This document shows, piece after piece, positions 36,696 through 47,597 of a stretch of 57,581 bases of DNA. The translations under genes were made by a program, and so were the position numbers. Under the pieces are notes generated by a model. It saw only the letters and a program-made list of their open reading frames with translations. It was not told the DNA's origin and searched no databases. Within the stretch, counting starts at the first letter, position 1. Each line of letters begins with the position of its first letter. This DNA is from Candidatus Micrarchaeota archaeon (GTDB lineage Archaea > Micrarchaeota > Micrarchaeia > Anstonellales > Bilamarchaeaceae). Location of the stretch: NCBI GenBank assembly GCA_018812625.1, contig JAHJDH010000031.1:1-57581 (forward strand), in the 5' to 3' direction.

Positions 36696-38798
36696 TCAGG
36701 ATTTGCCCTGATTGATCATAACAATCTTATCTTCTTCAACTCCTTTGGTCTTCACTTTTTGCCCAATATGCAAAACTTGTTCATTTCTGGAGCTGTCTCT
36801 GTATATTGTAACGCCCTTGCAACCTGTTTTCCAGGCAAGAAGATAAACATTTTCAACATCCTCAACGCTTGAGTTTGCAGGCATGTTGATCGTCTTACTC
36901 ACAGCAAGCTCAACATTCTTCTGGAAAGCTGCCTGCATCAGAACATGAGACTCTGGTGAAAGATCATGAGAGATTCTAAATACTGCTTTGATATCTTCTG
37001 GAATCTCATCCATAGTTTGGATAGTTCCTTCTTCCATGACCTTTTTGATCAACTCTTCACTGTAAAGACCGCGAACCTTGAGAACATGCTCAAATATAGG
37101 ATCAAGGTAATAGTATTGCCCTGCTCGAACTGTTTTTAGAAATGAGAGTGCGAATACTGGCTCGATTCCACTTGTTGAATCTGCTATCATTGAAATTGAT
37201 CCAGTTGGAGCAATTGAGGTGCAGGTAGCATTTCTCATAGCATCAAACTGCTGTGAAAGCGGGCTTTCCTTGAATGACGGGAATGATCCTCTTGCTCTTC
37301 CAAGCTCATGACTCATTTTTCGAGCCTCGTCATTTATGAACTTCATGACTTGCTCTCCAACTTCATACCCAAGCTCAGAATCATAAGCAACTCCCATCTT
37401 AAAGAGCATCCTGGCAAAGCCCATAACACCAAGGCCAATACGCCTGTTTTTCTGGCTTTGAACCTTGATTTGCTCTATTGGATACTTGTTCAGATCAATT
37501 ACGTTGTCAAGGAACTGGAATGCCAATCTGGTGACATATCTAAGTCGATCCCAGTTTACTTTTTTCTTCCAGTCAGTTTTGCTCCAGTCAAGTTCAACAA
37601 ACTTGGCCAGATTAATACTTCCAAGATTACATGACTCGTAATCTGGCATTGGAACTTCCCCACAGGGATTTGTTGCGTGGATAGGATCATTTGGAGTTGG
37701 ATTGGTTTTGTTGATAGTATCAATGAAAAGCATTCCAGGTTCAGCAGATTTCCATGCACTATATGAAATTAAATTGAACATGGTCTTTGCACTGACTTTT
37801 CGAAGTACCTCATTATTTCTTGGATTTTTAAGCTCGTATTCGCCATTGGATTCGACTGCGGACATGAACTCATCATCTACCATTACAGAAACATTGAAGT
37901 TTTCCATAACTCCAGGAGTTTGTTTCATGGTAATGAATTCTTCAATATCAGGATGCCACACATGCAAGGTTGCCATATTGGCTCCTCGCCTTTTGCCTCC
38001 TTGTTTAATGACATTTGTTGCATTATCAAAAGCACTCATAAATGAAATCGGTCCAGATGCAATACCAGCCGTACTTGCAACAAAGTCTCCTTTTGGCCTT
38101 AGAAATGAGAAACAGAATCCAGTTCCGCCACCAGTCTTATGGATGATTGCCTGGTGCTTTACTGACTCAAATATTTCCTCAATGCCATCCTTTACTGGAA
38201 GGACAAAACAAGCTGCAAGCTGGCCTAGTTTAGTGCCTGCGTTCATGAGTGTAGGTGAATTTGGCATGAATTCAAAGTTAGTCATAATCTGAAAGAATGC
38301 CTCTGAATAATGATTTACTGATTGTTCATCTGCCCCATAATTCTCCTCATTTGAAGCTAGATAATTTGCTACTCTTCTAAAGAGCATGCTTGGCGATTCA
38401 ATTACTTTCCCCTGATCATTTTTCAAAAGATATCTTCTCTCTAAGATTTGTACTGAGGTAAGAGGCAGTTTCAGATCATCCTCAACACCAAGGATTTGTT
38501 TCATTTCACGTTCAACGTTTTTTCTATGACGATAAATGATGTATGATTTGGCAGTGGCTGCATGTCCGGTTTCAATTAATGCCTTTTCAACAACATCCTG
38601 TACCTCTTCGACGGTTGGAATATATTCTTCTTTGAACTTAGAATTGATAGCTTCGATTACTTTAACAGCTACATTTTCTGCTTCTTCCCTATCAGTTCCA
38701 CCAACTGATTGAGCTGCTTTAAAAATAGCATTTATGATTTTTTCTTTGTCAAATTCAGCGACGTTGCCGTCTCGTTTTTTTATTTGTAATATAGACAT
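36696..38798 (-). CDS. nrdJ: Class II (B12-dependent) ribonucleotide reductase with ATP cone
   Basis: IKKRDG ATP cone, PNSPTLMNAG, ACFV, TNPCGE, CNLGS, RN...SIAPTG, KGVTIYR; no intein-sized insert. Confidence 0.93.
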   Translation of the reverse strand: MSILQIKKRDGNVAEFDKEKIINAIFKAAQSVGGTDREEAENVAVKVIEAINSKFKEEYIPTVEEVQDVVEKALIETGHAATAKSYIIYRHRKNVEREMKQILGVEDDLKLPLTSVQILERRYLLKNDQGKVIESPSMLFRRVANYLASNEENYGADEQSVNHYSEAFFQIMTNFEFMPNSPTLMNAGTKLGQLAACFVLPVKDGIEEIFESVKHQAIIHKTGGGTGFCFSFLRPKGDFVASTAGIASGPISFMSAFDNATNVIKQGGKRRGANMATLHVWHPDIEEFITMKQTPGVMENFNVSVMVDDEFMSAVESNGEYELKNPRNNEVLRKVSAKTMFNLISYSAWKSAEPGMLFIDTINKTNPTPNDPIHATNPCGEVPMPDYESCNLGSINLAKFVELDWSKTDWKKKVNWDRLRYVTRLAFQFLDNVIDLNKYPIEQIKVQSQKNRRIGLGVMGFARMLFKMGVAYDSELGYEVGEQVMKFINDEARKMSHELGRARGSFPSFKESPLSQQFDAMRNATCTSIAPTGSISMIADSTSGIEPVFALSFLKTVRAGQYYYLDPIFEHVLKVRGLYSEELIKKVMEEGTIQTMDEIPEDIKAVFRISHDLSPESHVLMQAAFQKNVELAVSKTINMPANSSVEDVENVYLLAWKTGCKGVTIYRDSSRNEQVLHIGQKVKTKGVEEDKIVMINQGKS

Positions 38799-38953
38799 GA
38801 GCCCACCTATAAACTCTCAATTAGAGCCTCTCAACTCTTTGAACATACCAAATACAGGAAATGCATTTGGCTAGAGACTTTCAGTATTATACTTTAAATT
38901 ATATTCAGTCTCCGACGTAACACAACTTCCATTATTTTATCGAAATACCACTA

Positions 38954-39466
38954 TCACTTCGATGCGATTAAACCGCCAACTCCACCAACTACAAAGTTAA
39001 TTAGAGTTCCAACAAGGATTAAACCAAAGCCACAAAGAGCAGCTGCTCCAACTCCAGGAAGTCCAACCATTCCTCCAAATACCTGAGATGAAACAACTCC
39101 GCCAGCAGATCCAAAACCAGCTCCACCAGGAATTAGTCCGGAAATTACAAGTAGATTTAGAAGAAAATCAAAACCAAGATGAACAATTGAGGTGACTAAG
39201 TAGGCAAATGCAGCAAGAGCTCCTGCTCCAACCGGATCAAGACCATTTGTCTTTACTGCCCGCATTCCAGCTAGAACATACATCACCAGGAAAACAGGTA
39301 CCATAAGAAGAGAGTATCCAAGTGCAATCAATTGGAAAATTTCAGCATTGGCATCAGTTATTATCAAAGTTAATAATTGCAAAATCATTGAGATAATTAC
39401 AAAAATAAATCCAACGCCTATGAAGATAAGTGAACCCTTAATTACCCTTCTTATGTCAAGTTTCAT
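38954..39466 (-). CDS. Gly-rich polytopic membrane protein
   Basis: About 4 TM. Confidence 0.7.
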   Translation of the reverse strand: MKLDIRRVIKGSLIFIGVGFIFVIISMILQLLTLIITDANAEIFQLIALGYSLLMVPVFLVMYVLAGMRAVKTNGLDPVGAGALAAFAYLVTSIVHLGFDFLLNLLVISGLIPGGAGFGSAGGVVSSQVFGGMVGLPGVGAAALCGFGLILVGTLINFVVGGVGGLIASK

Positions 39467-39536
39467 CGTCTCTTCATCACAGAAAAACTTTATAAATCAA
39501 CCTTGGTGAAAAAGTTTGTTGATAGGATTATTCACA

Positions 39537-41213
39537 TCAACAAGAAAAAATAAACGTAAGCGGATCTTTTTTATCTAATCTGCAAAATCCAAACCTCTCA
39601 AATTGAATAATTGAATCTGGCGCAAGGTTTTCCACGGATTTCTCGCAAAATCCTTTAACAACTTCAAGACTATCTGGATTAAATTCGCCATCTTTAAGCA
39701 GATCTTTTGGAATCAAAACTTCGCACTCAAGATGATCATCTGGCACCCATTGAAGCTTCTTTGGAACCATTCCATCTTCAGAAAGTTCGCAGGAATATGT
39801 TTCTCCTTTTGAAATAAGTTTGACATTGCACAAATCCTTGAGCCGGAAAACTTCACCGGTTTCAAGCTTTTCTGCATCTGCTTTTGGAATATAAACGGTA
39901 CTTCCTGCATTGAGTCTTCTCATTCCAAGATCTTTTTTTGGATGCATAGAAAGCTCAATTTCTTTGTTCTCAAGGCCGGAAATTTCAATTTTTACTGGGT
40001 CTGGAACAAAGAAATAATGTGGAGCTTCTTTGTCAAGAAGTTTTCTGTTGAATGCAAGAAGAACCTCCCAATCTGGTTCGCTCTCGGTTCGAGAAAGCCC
40101 GAAATAAAGAACAAATTGCTTGATTGCTTCGGCGAGTAGGCCTCTCCTCTTTAATCCTGAAACTGTAGGTAGCCTAGGATCATCCCAGCCCATCACCTTT
40201 CCATTAGTAACTAGCGGAGTAATCAGCCTTTTGCTGATTGGTGCATTTTTTATTGCGAGTCTGGAAAATGGAACCATTGTCGGAGTTTCCCACCCAAGAA
40301 GTTCAAAGAGTTTAGCATAAAGCTCATCACGAAGCTCATATTCCTTTGATCGCATTGGATGAGTAAGTCCTTCAAGATGATCCATAACAACAACAGAAAG
40401 ATCATAGGAAGGCCAAACAATGTATTTTGTCCCTTGACGGTAGTGTTCTTTTTCAATAATTCTAGCAAGAGCAGGATCTCTCATAACAGTATTTTTTGAC
40501 TCGAGATTGCCCTTAAATAAAAGTAATGCTTCCCCTTGTTTATATTCTCCAGATAGCATTTTCTTCCACCTATCGAGATTTTCTTCTGGAGATAAGTTTC
40601 TCTCAGGCAGTGGTTTGGAATTGGTTCTGGAATCAGATAATTTTTCTTTTGGGGAAGTGCTCACATAAGCATTTCCACCAGCAATTAATTTTTCTGCTGC
40701 CTTGTACAGTTCATCCATATTATCAGATGTATAGCTTTCACTGGCCCATTTTATTCCAAGCCAAGTAAGGCCACTTTTTATAGCATCAACATATTCAGCA
40801 GATTCCTTTTCAGGATTAGTATCATCAAAGCGAAGAAGCATCTTTCCATCATAATTTGCAGCAGCTTCATAGTCAAGCCAGGCTGCCTTTGCATGACCTA
40901 TATGTGGATATCCAGAGGGCTCTGGAGGAAATCTGGTTACTACGGCTCCAGCTTCTGCATTTTGAAGAGTTATTGTTTTTTCTTTTTCTTCTTTGACAAG
41001 ATATTCAAATTCAGACATTTCTTGCTCAAGTTCTTCCTTGCTTAGTTTTGAGGCCCTCCCAATTTCAGCAGAAATTTTTCCCATCGTACCTTTGACATCT
41101 GTTTTGCAGTCTGGATACTCTCCGATAACCTTTCCAATAATAGAGCCCGGATTTGCCTTTCCATAATCAGCAATATTCTTGAGAACATGTTTGCGAATGA
41201 TAGAATTTAACAT
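39537..41213 (-). CDS. gltX: Glutamyl-tRNA synthetase, archaeal type
   Basis: TRFPPEPSGYPHIGH, LRFDDTNP, ISKR, WDDPRLPT, QFERFGF. Confidence 0.96.
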   Translation of the reverse strand: MLNSIIRKHVLKNIADYGKANPGSIIGKVIGEYPDCKTDVKGTMGKISAEIGRASKLSKEELEQEMSEFEYLVKEEKEKTITLQNAEAGAVVTRFPPEPSGYPHIGHAKAAWLDYEAAANYDGKMLLRFDDTNPEKESAEYVDAIKSGLTWLGIKWASESYTSDNMDELYKAAEKLIAGGNAYVSTSPKEKLSDSRTNSKPLPERNLSPEENLDRWKKMLSGEYKQGEALLLFKGNLESKNTVMRDPALARIIEKEHYRQGTKYIVWPSYDLSVVVMDHLEGLTHPMRSKEYELRDELYAKLFELLGWETPTMVPFSRLAIKNAPISKRLITPLVTNGKVMGWDDPRLPTVSGLKRRGLLAEAIKQFVLYFGLSRTESEPDWEVLLAFNRKLLDKEAPHYFFVPDPVKIEISGLENKEIELSMHPKKDLGMRRLNAGSTVYIPKADAEKLETGEVFRLKDLCNVKLISKGETYSCELSEDGMVPKKLQWVPDDHLECEVLIPKDLLKDGEFNPDSLEVVKGFCEKSVENLAPDSIIQFERFGFCRLDKKDPLTFIFSC

Positions 41214-41241
41214 AAAAGATAGTTCAAAGACAGTATTTTTA

Positions 41242-41715
41242 TTATGGGGTGATCTTCCCAAAATTCGATTGTCTAAACCTGATAATCATGCCCTTTTCTT
41301 TAGGGATTGTTTCTTTTCTGCCAAGTTTCCATGATAAGTTTTCGTAGATATCATGCATGCAAATTCGATCGTCATCTGTTCTGATAAGGTCTTTAAGTTC
41401 AGGGTGTTTTGAAAGGATTTCTGCTATATTGTCCATGAAAAGTGCAGTAATAACAAAATCATAGATTTGGTTTGCCTGCTCATCGTTCAAAGCAGAAAGA
41501 GCATTTGAAAATGCAGTATAATTTAGATTATAACTCTTGCGAAGCCCAATCCATAATCTTCGAAGAGCAGGGGTAACATTTACTTTATCTGATTTTTTTG
41601 GAGCAGGAAGAGCAGTTTTTTTCACTGGTTTTTCGACTGTTTTTTTTGCAGCTATTACTGCTGGTTTTGATGTTTTCTTCTTTGTTTTTTTTGTAGTAGT
41701 TTTTTTCTTGGCCAA
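41242..41715 (-). CDS. Hypothetical protein with Lys-rich N-terminus
   Basis: Probable TTG start with GGTG RBS; AKKKTTTKKTKKK. Confidence 0.65.
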   Translation of the reverse strand: MAKKKTTTKKTKKKTSKPAVIAAKKTVEKPVKKTALPAPKKSDKVNVTPALRRLWIGLRKSYNLNYTAFSNALSALNDEQANQIYDFVITALFMDNIAEILSKHPELKDLIRTDDDRICMHDIYENLSWKLGRKETIPKEKGMIIRFRQSNFGKITP

Positions 41716-41825
41716 GATAACACCAATTGAAAACATACAATTGAATTATTTAAATACTTGCAAGTAAAGAGGTCATAGAATCCCATTATAGATAACTTTA
41801 TTAATATATCCTGAGAAAGAAAAGT

Positions 41826-42059
41826 ATGAAACAACAAATAGGGCAGAGGCAAACTTGCAAAGGACGAACAACAAAAAGCAGATTCAAAGATAGAGATATT
41901 GCAAGTGTAATGCAAGAAGAGATTAATAGGGGAATTGTAAGAGACGATCATGAATGGGTTTCCCCAGCTACTGACGATGGAGCAAAAAACAGTAGAGAAA
42001 TTTCAGCTTCTGATGTTAATTTTAGGATTTTTGATACAAAGCTTAATAAAGAAGAATAG
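41826..42059 (+). CDS. Small orphan with basic leader
   Basis: MKQQIGQRQTCKGRTTKSR; TATA about 25 nt upstream. Confidence 0.5.
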   Translation: MKQQIGQRQTCKGRTTKSRFKDRDIASVMQEEINRGIVRDDHEWVSPATDDGAKNSREISASDVNFRIFDTKLNKEE

Positions 42060-42099
42060 GTCCTAATAGGAGTAACTATCCAAAAGGAGGTGTAGAACC

Positions 42100-42204
42100 A
42101 TGAAAAACGAAAACATGAAATCTGTAAGCAGGAAGCATGTATCTAATTGTATGCACTTGATCTACACCTTTATCATCTGGGAACAGGTGGAATGCAGGAA
42201 ATAA
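42100..42204 (+). CDS. Possible 34-aa leader peptide
   Basis: Strong AGGAGGTG RBS; MKNENMKSVSRKHVSNCMHLIYTFIIWEQVECRK*. Confidence 0.45.
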   Translation: MKNENMKSVSRKHVSNCMHLIYTFIIWEQVECRK

Positions 42205-42266
42205 GGGGATCTGAAAGGATCGTGGCGCCCGGAAAATCCTGCGGCGGAACTTTTTAGCTAGATGAT
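42172..42266 (+). ncRNA. Candidate nested stem-loop RNA element
   Basis: ATCATCTGG/CTAGATGAT, GCAGGA/TCCTGC, GGG/CCC, GATCT-GAAA-GGATC. Confidence 0.4.
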
Positions 42267-42346
42267 TTCACGCCAAATTATTGGCATTTCATAACGGTTT
42301 GAGGGGTACTAATACCCCTATTTTCAAAAAAAATCGGTGATAGTAA

Positions 42347-42601
42347 ATGAATAACTCAAATGCGGTGGATGAAGGGCCTATGGTTCCTTTTGCCCCGCCA
42401 GGACCAGAGGATTATCAGGAATATTCCTCTTCGAGACGTGGCAGACCACGAAAAGCGCAAAATTCGGCAAGGGTTGAACAAGTGCTTCAGCTGTACTTTG
42501 TCGAGAGACTGTCCATGAGAAAAGTAGCTGAAGTTGTCGGCATGTCTCACATGAGTGTATATAGAATGCTAAGCGATCCGAATTTAGAGCTGCTCTTGTA
42601 G
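42347..42601 (+). CDS. Small HTH DNA-binding protein with AT-hook-like RGRP
   Basis: RRGRPRK...LSMRKVAEVVGMSHMSVYRML; GGTGA RBS. Confidence 0.8.
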   Translation: MNNSNAVDEGPMVPFAPPGPEDYQEYSSSRRGRPRKAQNSARVEQVLQLYFVERLSMRKVAEVVGMSHMSVYRMLSDPNLELLL

Positions 42602-42619
42602 CGTTCTGTAAATTTTTTT

Positions 42620-43768
42620 TTATTTTTTTGGATTCTCATGATCTTTTAATTTTTTTAGGGCCTTTAACCTTACAGATTGCGGAATTAAAATAGAGAATGA
42701 AATAAACTGCAAAACTTCAATTTCGCCCATTAATGCTAATTTTTCGATTATTTTATCCATATGAGTAACTAGAGCCTGAAAAGCTTTGGAATTTAGTTCA
42801 GTAACTGTATAGTCTGGAGAATGGGAAATACTCTCAACAATATCATCATAGTCCTTGAGATATTCAACTACAGCACCTATGACTACCTCTTCATCTTGAG
42901 AGGACAAGTTCTCAAATAAAAGTTCTGGCTCAATTGATGCAATTCCATCATTTGCTCTTTTGGATTTTGGAGCTTCAGCTGCAATTATTGGGACATGCTC
43001 AAGCTCACCCATTCTGATTAATGCTTCTTTGGCAAGTGCGTGCGTCTCAGTAGACAGAAGCTCAAACTCAGAAGCAAAATGCAATTCAGGAATTAAGTTC
43101 ATCTCTTCAAGAACGCCGATTACTTCCTCTTGATTGTGCTCAATAACATCTACTGCAGCAGAAGTTAGTTCTGTTACAGTTAGTTCAGGAACAACTGATA
43201 CTTCTAGCACTAGGCCATGATAATTGCTTATGAACTCAACTGCCCCAATTACTTGATCTTCTGCCAATTCTGAGTTTAAGTGTCCCACAAGTTCATTGAG
43301 CTCCTCGCCAGTTACAGGTGCCGAGCGAAGAAGGGTTTGCTCTGGAATTGAATCTGCAAGATCTGGATTTATATCTCGCAGAGCTTCAAGAGCATGATTA
43401 TTGAATTCAGATGATAAAAAACTGCACTGGGCAATAAATTTTAGTTCGTGGGCTGCCCCATCCTCTGCAATTTCACTGATCAGAGTTTCTTTGTTTTCAT
43501 TGGCAGTCTCAAGCATTACCTTGACAAAATATCTATCAGGAACCTCAGTACATTCAAGGGCGCCTTGGATTACATCATTTGGCCGGTTTAAAAATTCGCG
43601 AAGTCCTTTAAGTTGCTCTTCCTGCTTTTCACTTTGAAGAAGAGATATTAATTGTAAAATCTGCTCACCAGAATATGGATTCCCAACTACTAGTGGAGAA
43701 TTATTTTCCTCGCGCTGTTTAACTGGTATCTTTGCATGAATCAAACTACGCGTCTGGTTTTTTTTCAT
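42620..43768 (-). CDS. Acidic alpha-helical protein with three ~95-aa repeats and a basic leader
   Basis: L...L.S...E.Q..G..E(F/Y)...L.F....L.......A...L repeated three times. Confidence 0.75.
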   Translation of the reverse strand: MKKNQTRSLIHAKIPVKQREENNSPLVVGNPYSGEQILQLISLLQSEKQEEQLKGLREFLNRPNDVIQGALECTEVPDRYFVKVMLETANENKETLISEIAEDGAAHELKFIAQCSFLSSEFNNHALEALRDINPDLADSIPEQTLLRSAPVTGEELNELVGHLNSELAEDQVIGAVEFISNYHGLVLEVSVVPELTVTELTSAAVDVIEHNQEEVIGVLEEMNLIPELHFASEFELLSTETHALAKEALIRMGELEHVPIIAAEAPKSKRANDGIASIEPELLFENLSSQDEEVVIGAVVEYLKDYDDIVESISHSPDYTVTELNSKAFQALVTHMDKIIEKLALMGEIEVLQFISFSILIPQSVRLKALKKLKDHENPKK

Positions 43769-43808
43769 TATGAGATTATACTGTTTGGATTAATATCCAT
43801 TTGCATGA

Positions 43809-44189
43809 CTAATCTCTTTTCGTGATACTAACAGACAGCCCAACTCCTGCTGGAAATGGATGAATTAGGGTGATCTTTATCGTCGCATCAGTCATTGGAT
43901 CCCTAAATGTTTTTGATTCATCATAGTAAAGGTTTTCAGTTGCAATAATTTCTCCACCCCTAAGTATATCCACAACAGAACACAGCCCGTTTTTTTCTTT
44001 AAATGAAAATCTAAAACCTCCGATTGAAAAGGCTGAGCCTCCAAGAAGAACACCAAAAATTGCTTTCTCAGACGGAGTAGACCCCTCATCAGGCACCAAC
44101 TTTAAATGAGATGCAGAAAATGCTTTGACACCATCATCTTTTAGTGATGAGTCTGGCCTTCTAAGTTTTTTCGAATTCATGATTATCAC
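43809..44189 (-). CDS. Orphan beta-rich protein with basic leader
   Basis: MNSKKLRRPDSS leader. Confidence 0.6.
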   Translation of the reverse strand: MIIMNSKKLRRPDSSLKDDGVKAFSASHLKLVPDEGSTPSEKAIFGVLLGGSAFSIGGFRFSFKEKNGLCSVVDILRGGEIIATENLYYDESKTFRDPMTDATIKITLIHPFPAGVGLSVSITKRD

Positions 44190-44947
44190 TCTGAGACTGG
44201 AATTGAAATATTGAACTTTGTGCCTTTTCCATACATGGTTTCAACATCAACTAATCCGCCAAGTAATGAAACTGAATGAAGGACAACAAAAAGTCCAAGT
44301 CCTGTTCCTGTTTCTTTTGTTGTAACTCCAACATCAAATGCCAAATCAAGATCATCTCTTGACATTCCACAGCCATTATCCATAACAGATATCTCGGCAA
44401 ACTGAGCCATATCGATAGTAACATTTGAAGATAAAACGCTTATCCTGCCTTCTGGCCCAAGCGCCTCATGAGCATTCTTAAGGATATTGAATAATGCCCG
44501 ATAAAGCACAAGCGGATTACCACGAACATTTCCTTCTGCTTGAAGATTCTCAGAAATCTTGCAGGTTCCAGCAGCATTAGTTATTGATAAAATTGCGCGA
44601 TGTATTTCATCTTCTGGATCAAATGGCATATCAATTAGGACATTATGTTGGATTTCAACCATTAGGCCGGCAATTTTGGAAACTTGCTCAAGGGCTGTTT
44701 TTGAACTTTTATGAAAAGCAACTATTTTTGGATGGATTCTTGCTGCAGCTGTTGCTCCTATATTGGAAAAGAAATCATTCATTGATATTACCGGAGATAG
44801 AAGCCCATTGATGTCATGTCTTAGGGATCTTAGATACATGGATTTCATTACAGCTAACGGTTCATTCAAGGGAGTTCCTACAAATGTTTTTTTAGCTCGA
44901 AGATCAAAATGCTTCCTTGAAATTCTAGTAATAGTCATATAATCCAC
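44186..44947 (-). CDS. Sensor-less histidine kinase (HisKA plus HATPase_c)
   Basis: LRHDINGLL H box, NILKNA, DNGCGM, AF...TTK, GTGLGL, GTKF. Confidence 0.88.
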   Translation of the reverse strand: MDYMTITRISRKHFDLRAKKTFVGTPLNEPLAVMKSMYLRSLRHDINGLLSPVISMNDFFSNIGATAAARIHPKIVAFHKSSKTALEQVSKIAGLMVEIQHNVLIDMPFDPEDEIHRAILSITNAAGTCKISENLQAEGNVRGNPLVLYRALFNILKNAHEALGPEGRISVLSSNVTIDMAQFAEISVMDNGCGMSRDDLDLAFDVGVTTKETGTGLGLFVVLHSVSLLGGLVDVETMYGKGTKFNISIPVSE

Positions 44948-45045
44948 TTAATGTTTGTATAATAGTAAATTTGTGGTATTTAATTTATATATCTATTGCT
45001 AATTAGCATTAATAATAACAGTACAAAAATAGGAAAATGCCCAAA

Positions 45046-45588
45046 TTATTTGATCAAAAGGAAGTCTTTAAATTCAATTTTCTTAACGTTGAGCCATGCT
45101 TCACATTCTGCAAAAAAAGCATTGTCAGTTTCTCTTAACTTGTCTATTAAAGATCTGCCTTTTTCAGTGAGTTGATATGAGCATTTGACTAGATGGGATT
45201 TGTGAATAGATCGTTCAGGACCTCCGCCAGGAATTTGTGTTGGCTTGATCAGATCAGCTGCCCTCATAGTCGATAAAGAGTAAGATACAGTGGTTCTGGT
45301 TAGATCATACAATTTTGCAATAGCATAACCATGATTGACCTGGGTATCAACAGCACATAAACATGCGACTTGCGTTGTCGTAACAGAAATGGCTTCTTCA
45401 CCAACTCCAAGTGTTAATTTTTTTGTTCGGCGCCTTATTTTGCCAGATTGTGAATACAATTCTGTAAATAATGGATTAGTAAGGCCATGATTTCCATGTC
45501 TTGGCTCTACAATCAAATCTAAACGAATACTAAATCTAGTATGGGGTTGTTTTGCATTAGTATCTTTTTTTGATTTAGACTGGTGCAT
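45046..45588 (-). CDS. Winged-HTH protein with basic leader
   Basis: HGYAIAK...TRTTVSYSL..M....LI...YQLTEKGR (PadR/MarR-like). Confidence 0.7.
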   Translation of the reverse strand: MHQSKSKKDTNAKQPHTRFSIRLDLIVEPRHGNHGLTNPLFTELYSQSGKIRRRTKKLTLGVGEEAISVTTTQVACLCAVDTQVNHGYAIAKLYDLTRTTVSYSLSTMRAADLIKPTQIPGGGPERSIHKSHLVKCSYQLTEKGRSLIDKLRETDNAFFAECEAWLNVKKIEFKDFLLIK

Positions 45589-45716
45589 GTTAGGGATATC
45601 AATCCAATTCGTATTATTAATGCATATCCTGAGGCATTATGAATACAAAAAAATTCAATTTTTATTTAAGACTTTTTCTTTATTTACGACGTTAGTTTTA
45701 ATAAAAATAGGAAAAA

Positions 45717-45748
45717 GACTCACGCTTCAATTAGAGTATCTGGTAAGA
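45717..45748 (-). other. 3' strand of the pre-16S processing stem (BHB)
   Basis: GACTCACGCTTCAA is complementary to 47422..47435; BHB geometry with the 5' strand. Confidence 0.85.
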
Positions 45749-45807
45749 AAATATTCGTTTCTATGCACACGCATTCCATTATCTTGATGATGTGATTATC
45801 AAAATTT

Positions 45808-47342
<1,535 letters not shown>

Positions 47343-47402
47343 TGATCCTCTGAAAATTACGAATCGAATACATTTACAATTTCCTTAATTTTGGAATTGA
47401 CA

Positions 47403-47435
47403 TCTTACACAGATTATACTCTTGAAGCGTGAGTC
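47403..47435 (-). other. 5' strand of the pre-16S processing stem (BHB)
   Basis: Transcript GACUCACGCUUCAA GAGU AUA AUCUG pairs with CAGAU ACUC UAA UUGAAGCGUGAGUC. Confidence 0.85.
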
Positions 47436-47532
47436 AAATCTATAAGTAATAGATTTCAACCAACAATATTGATTCTCAGTATAGTGAAACTGAATACCAA
47501 AAAATCGGTGAAGCATATATACGATAATCGTA

Positions 47533-47546
47533 TTTATAAAACTTTC
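47533..47546 (-). promoter_or_regulatory. BRE-TATA promoter of the 16S gene
   Basis: Minus strand reads GAAAGT TTTATAAA, upstream of the processing stem. Confidence 0.65.
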
Positions 47547-47597
47547 GGGGGTTTTGGTTTACCCGATATTTACATATATTTAAAAGCAGGTTTTAAC

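Noticed and set aside
37702-38292. Long antisense ORFs (also 52661..53320, 48729..49196, 54442..54894)
   Set aside because: These are shadows of well-supported genes on the opposite strand.
36696-38798. Intein or intron in the RNR gene
   Set aside because: Catalytic motifs are contiguous and the length (700 aa) is normal.
47469-47597. N-terminal extension of ORF 47469..48584
   Set aside because: It overlaps the divergent rRNA promoter. The start is more likely 47598 or 47610, behind a TATA box.
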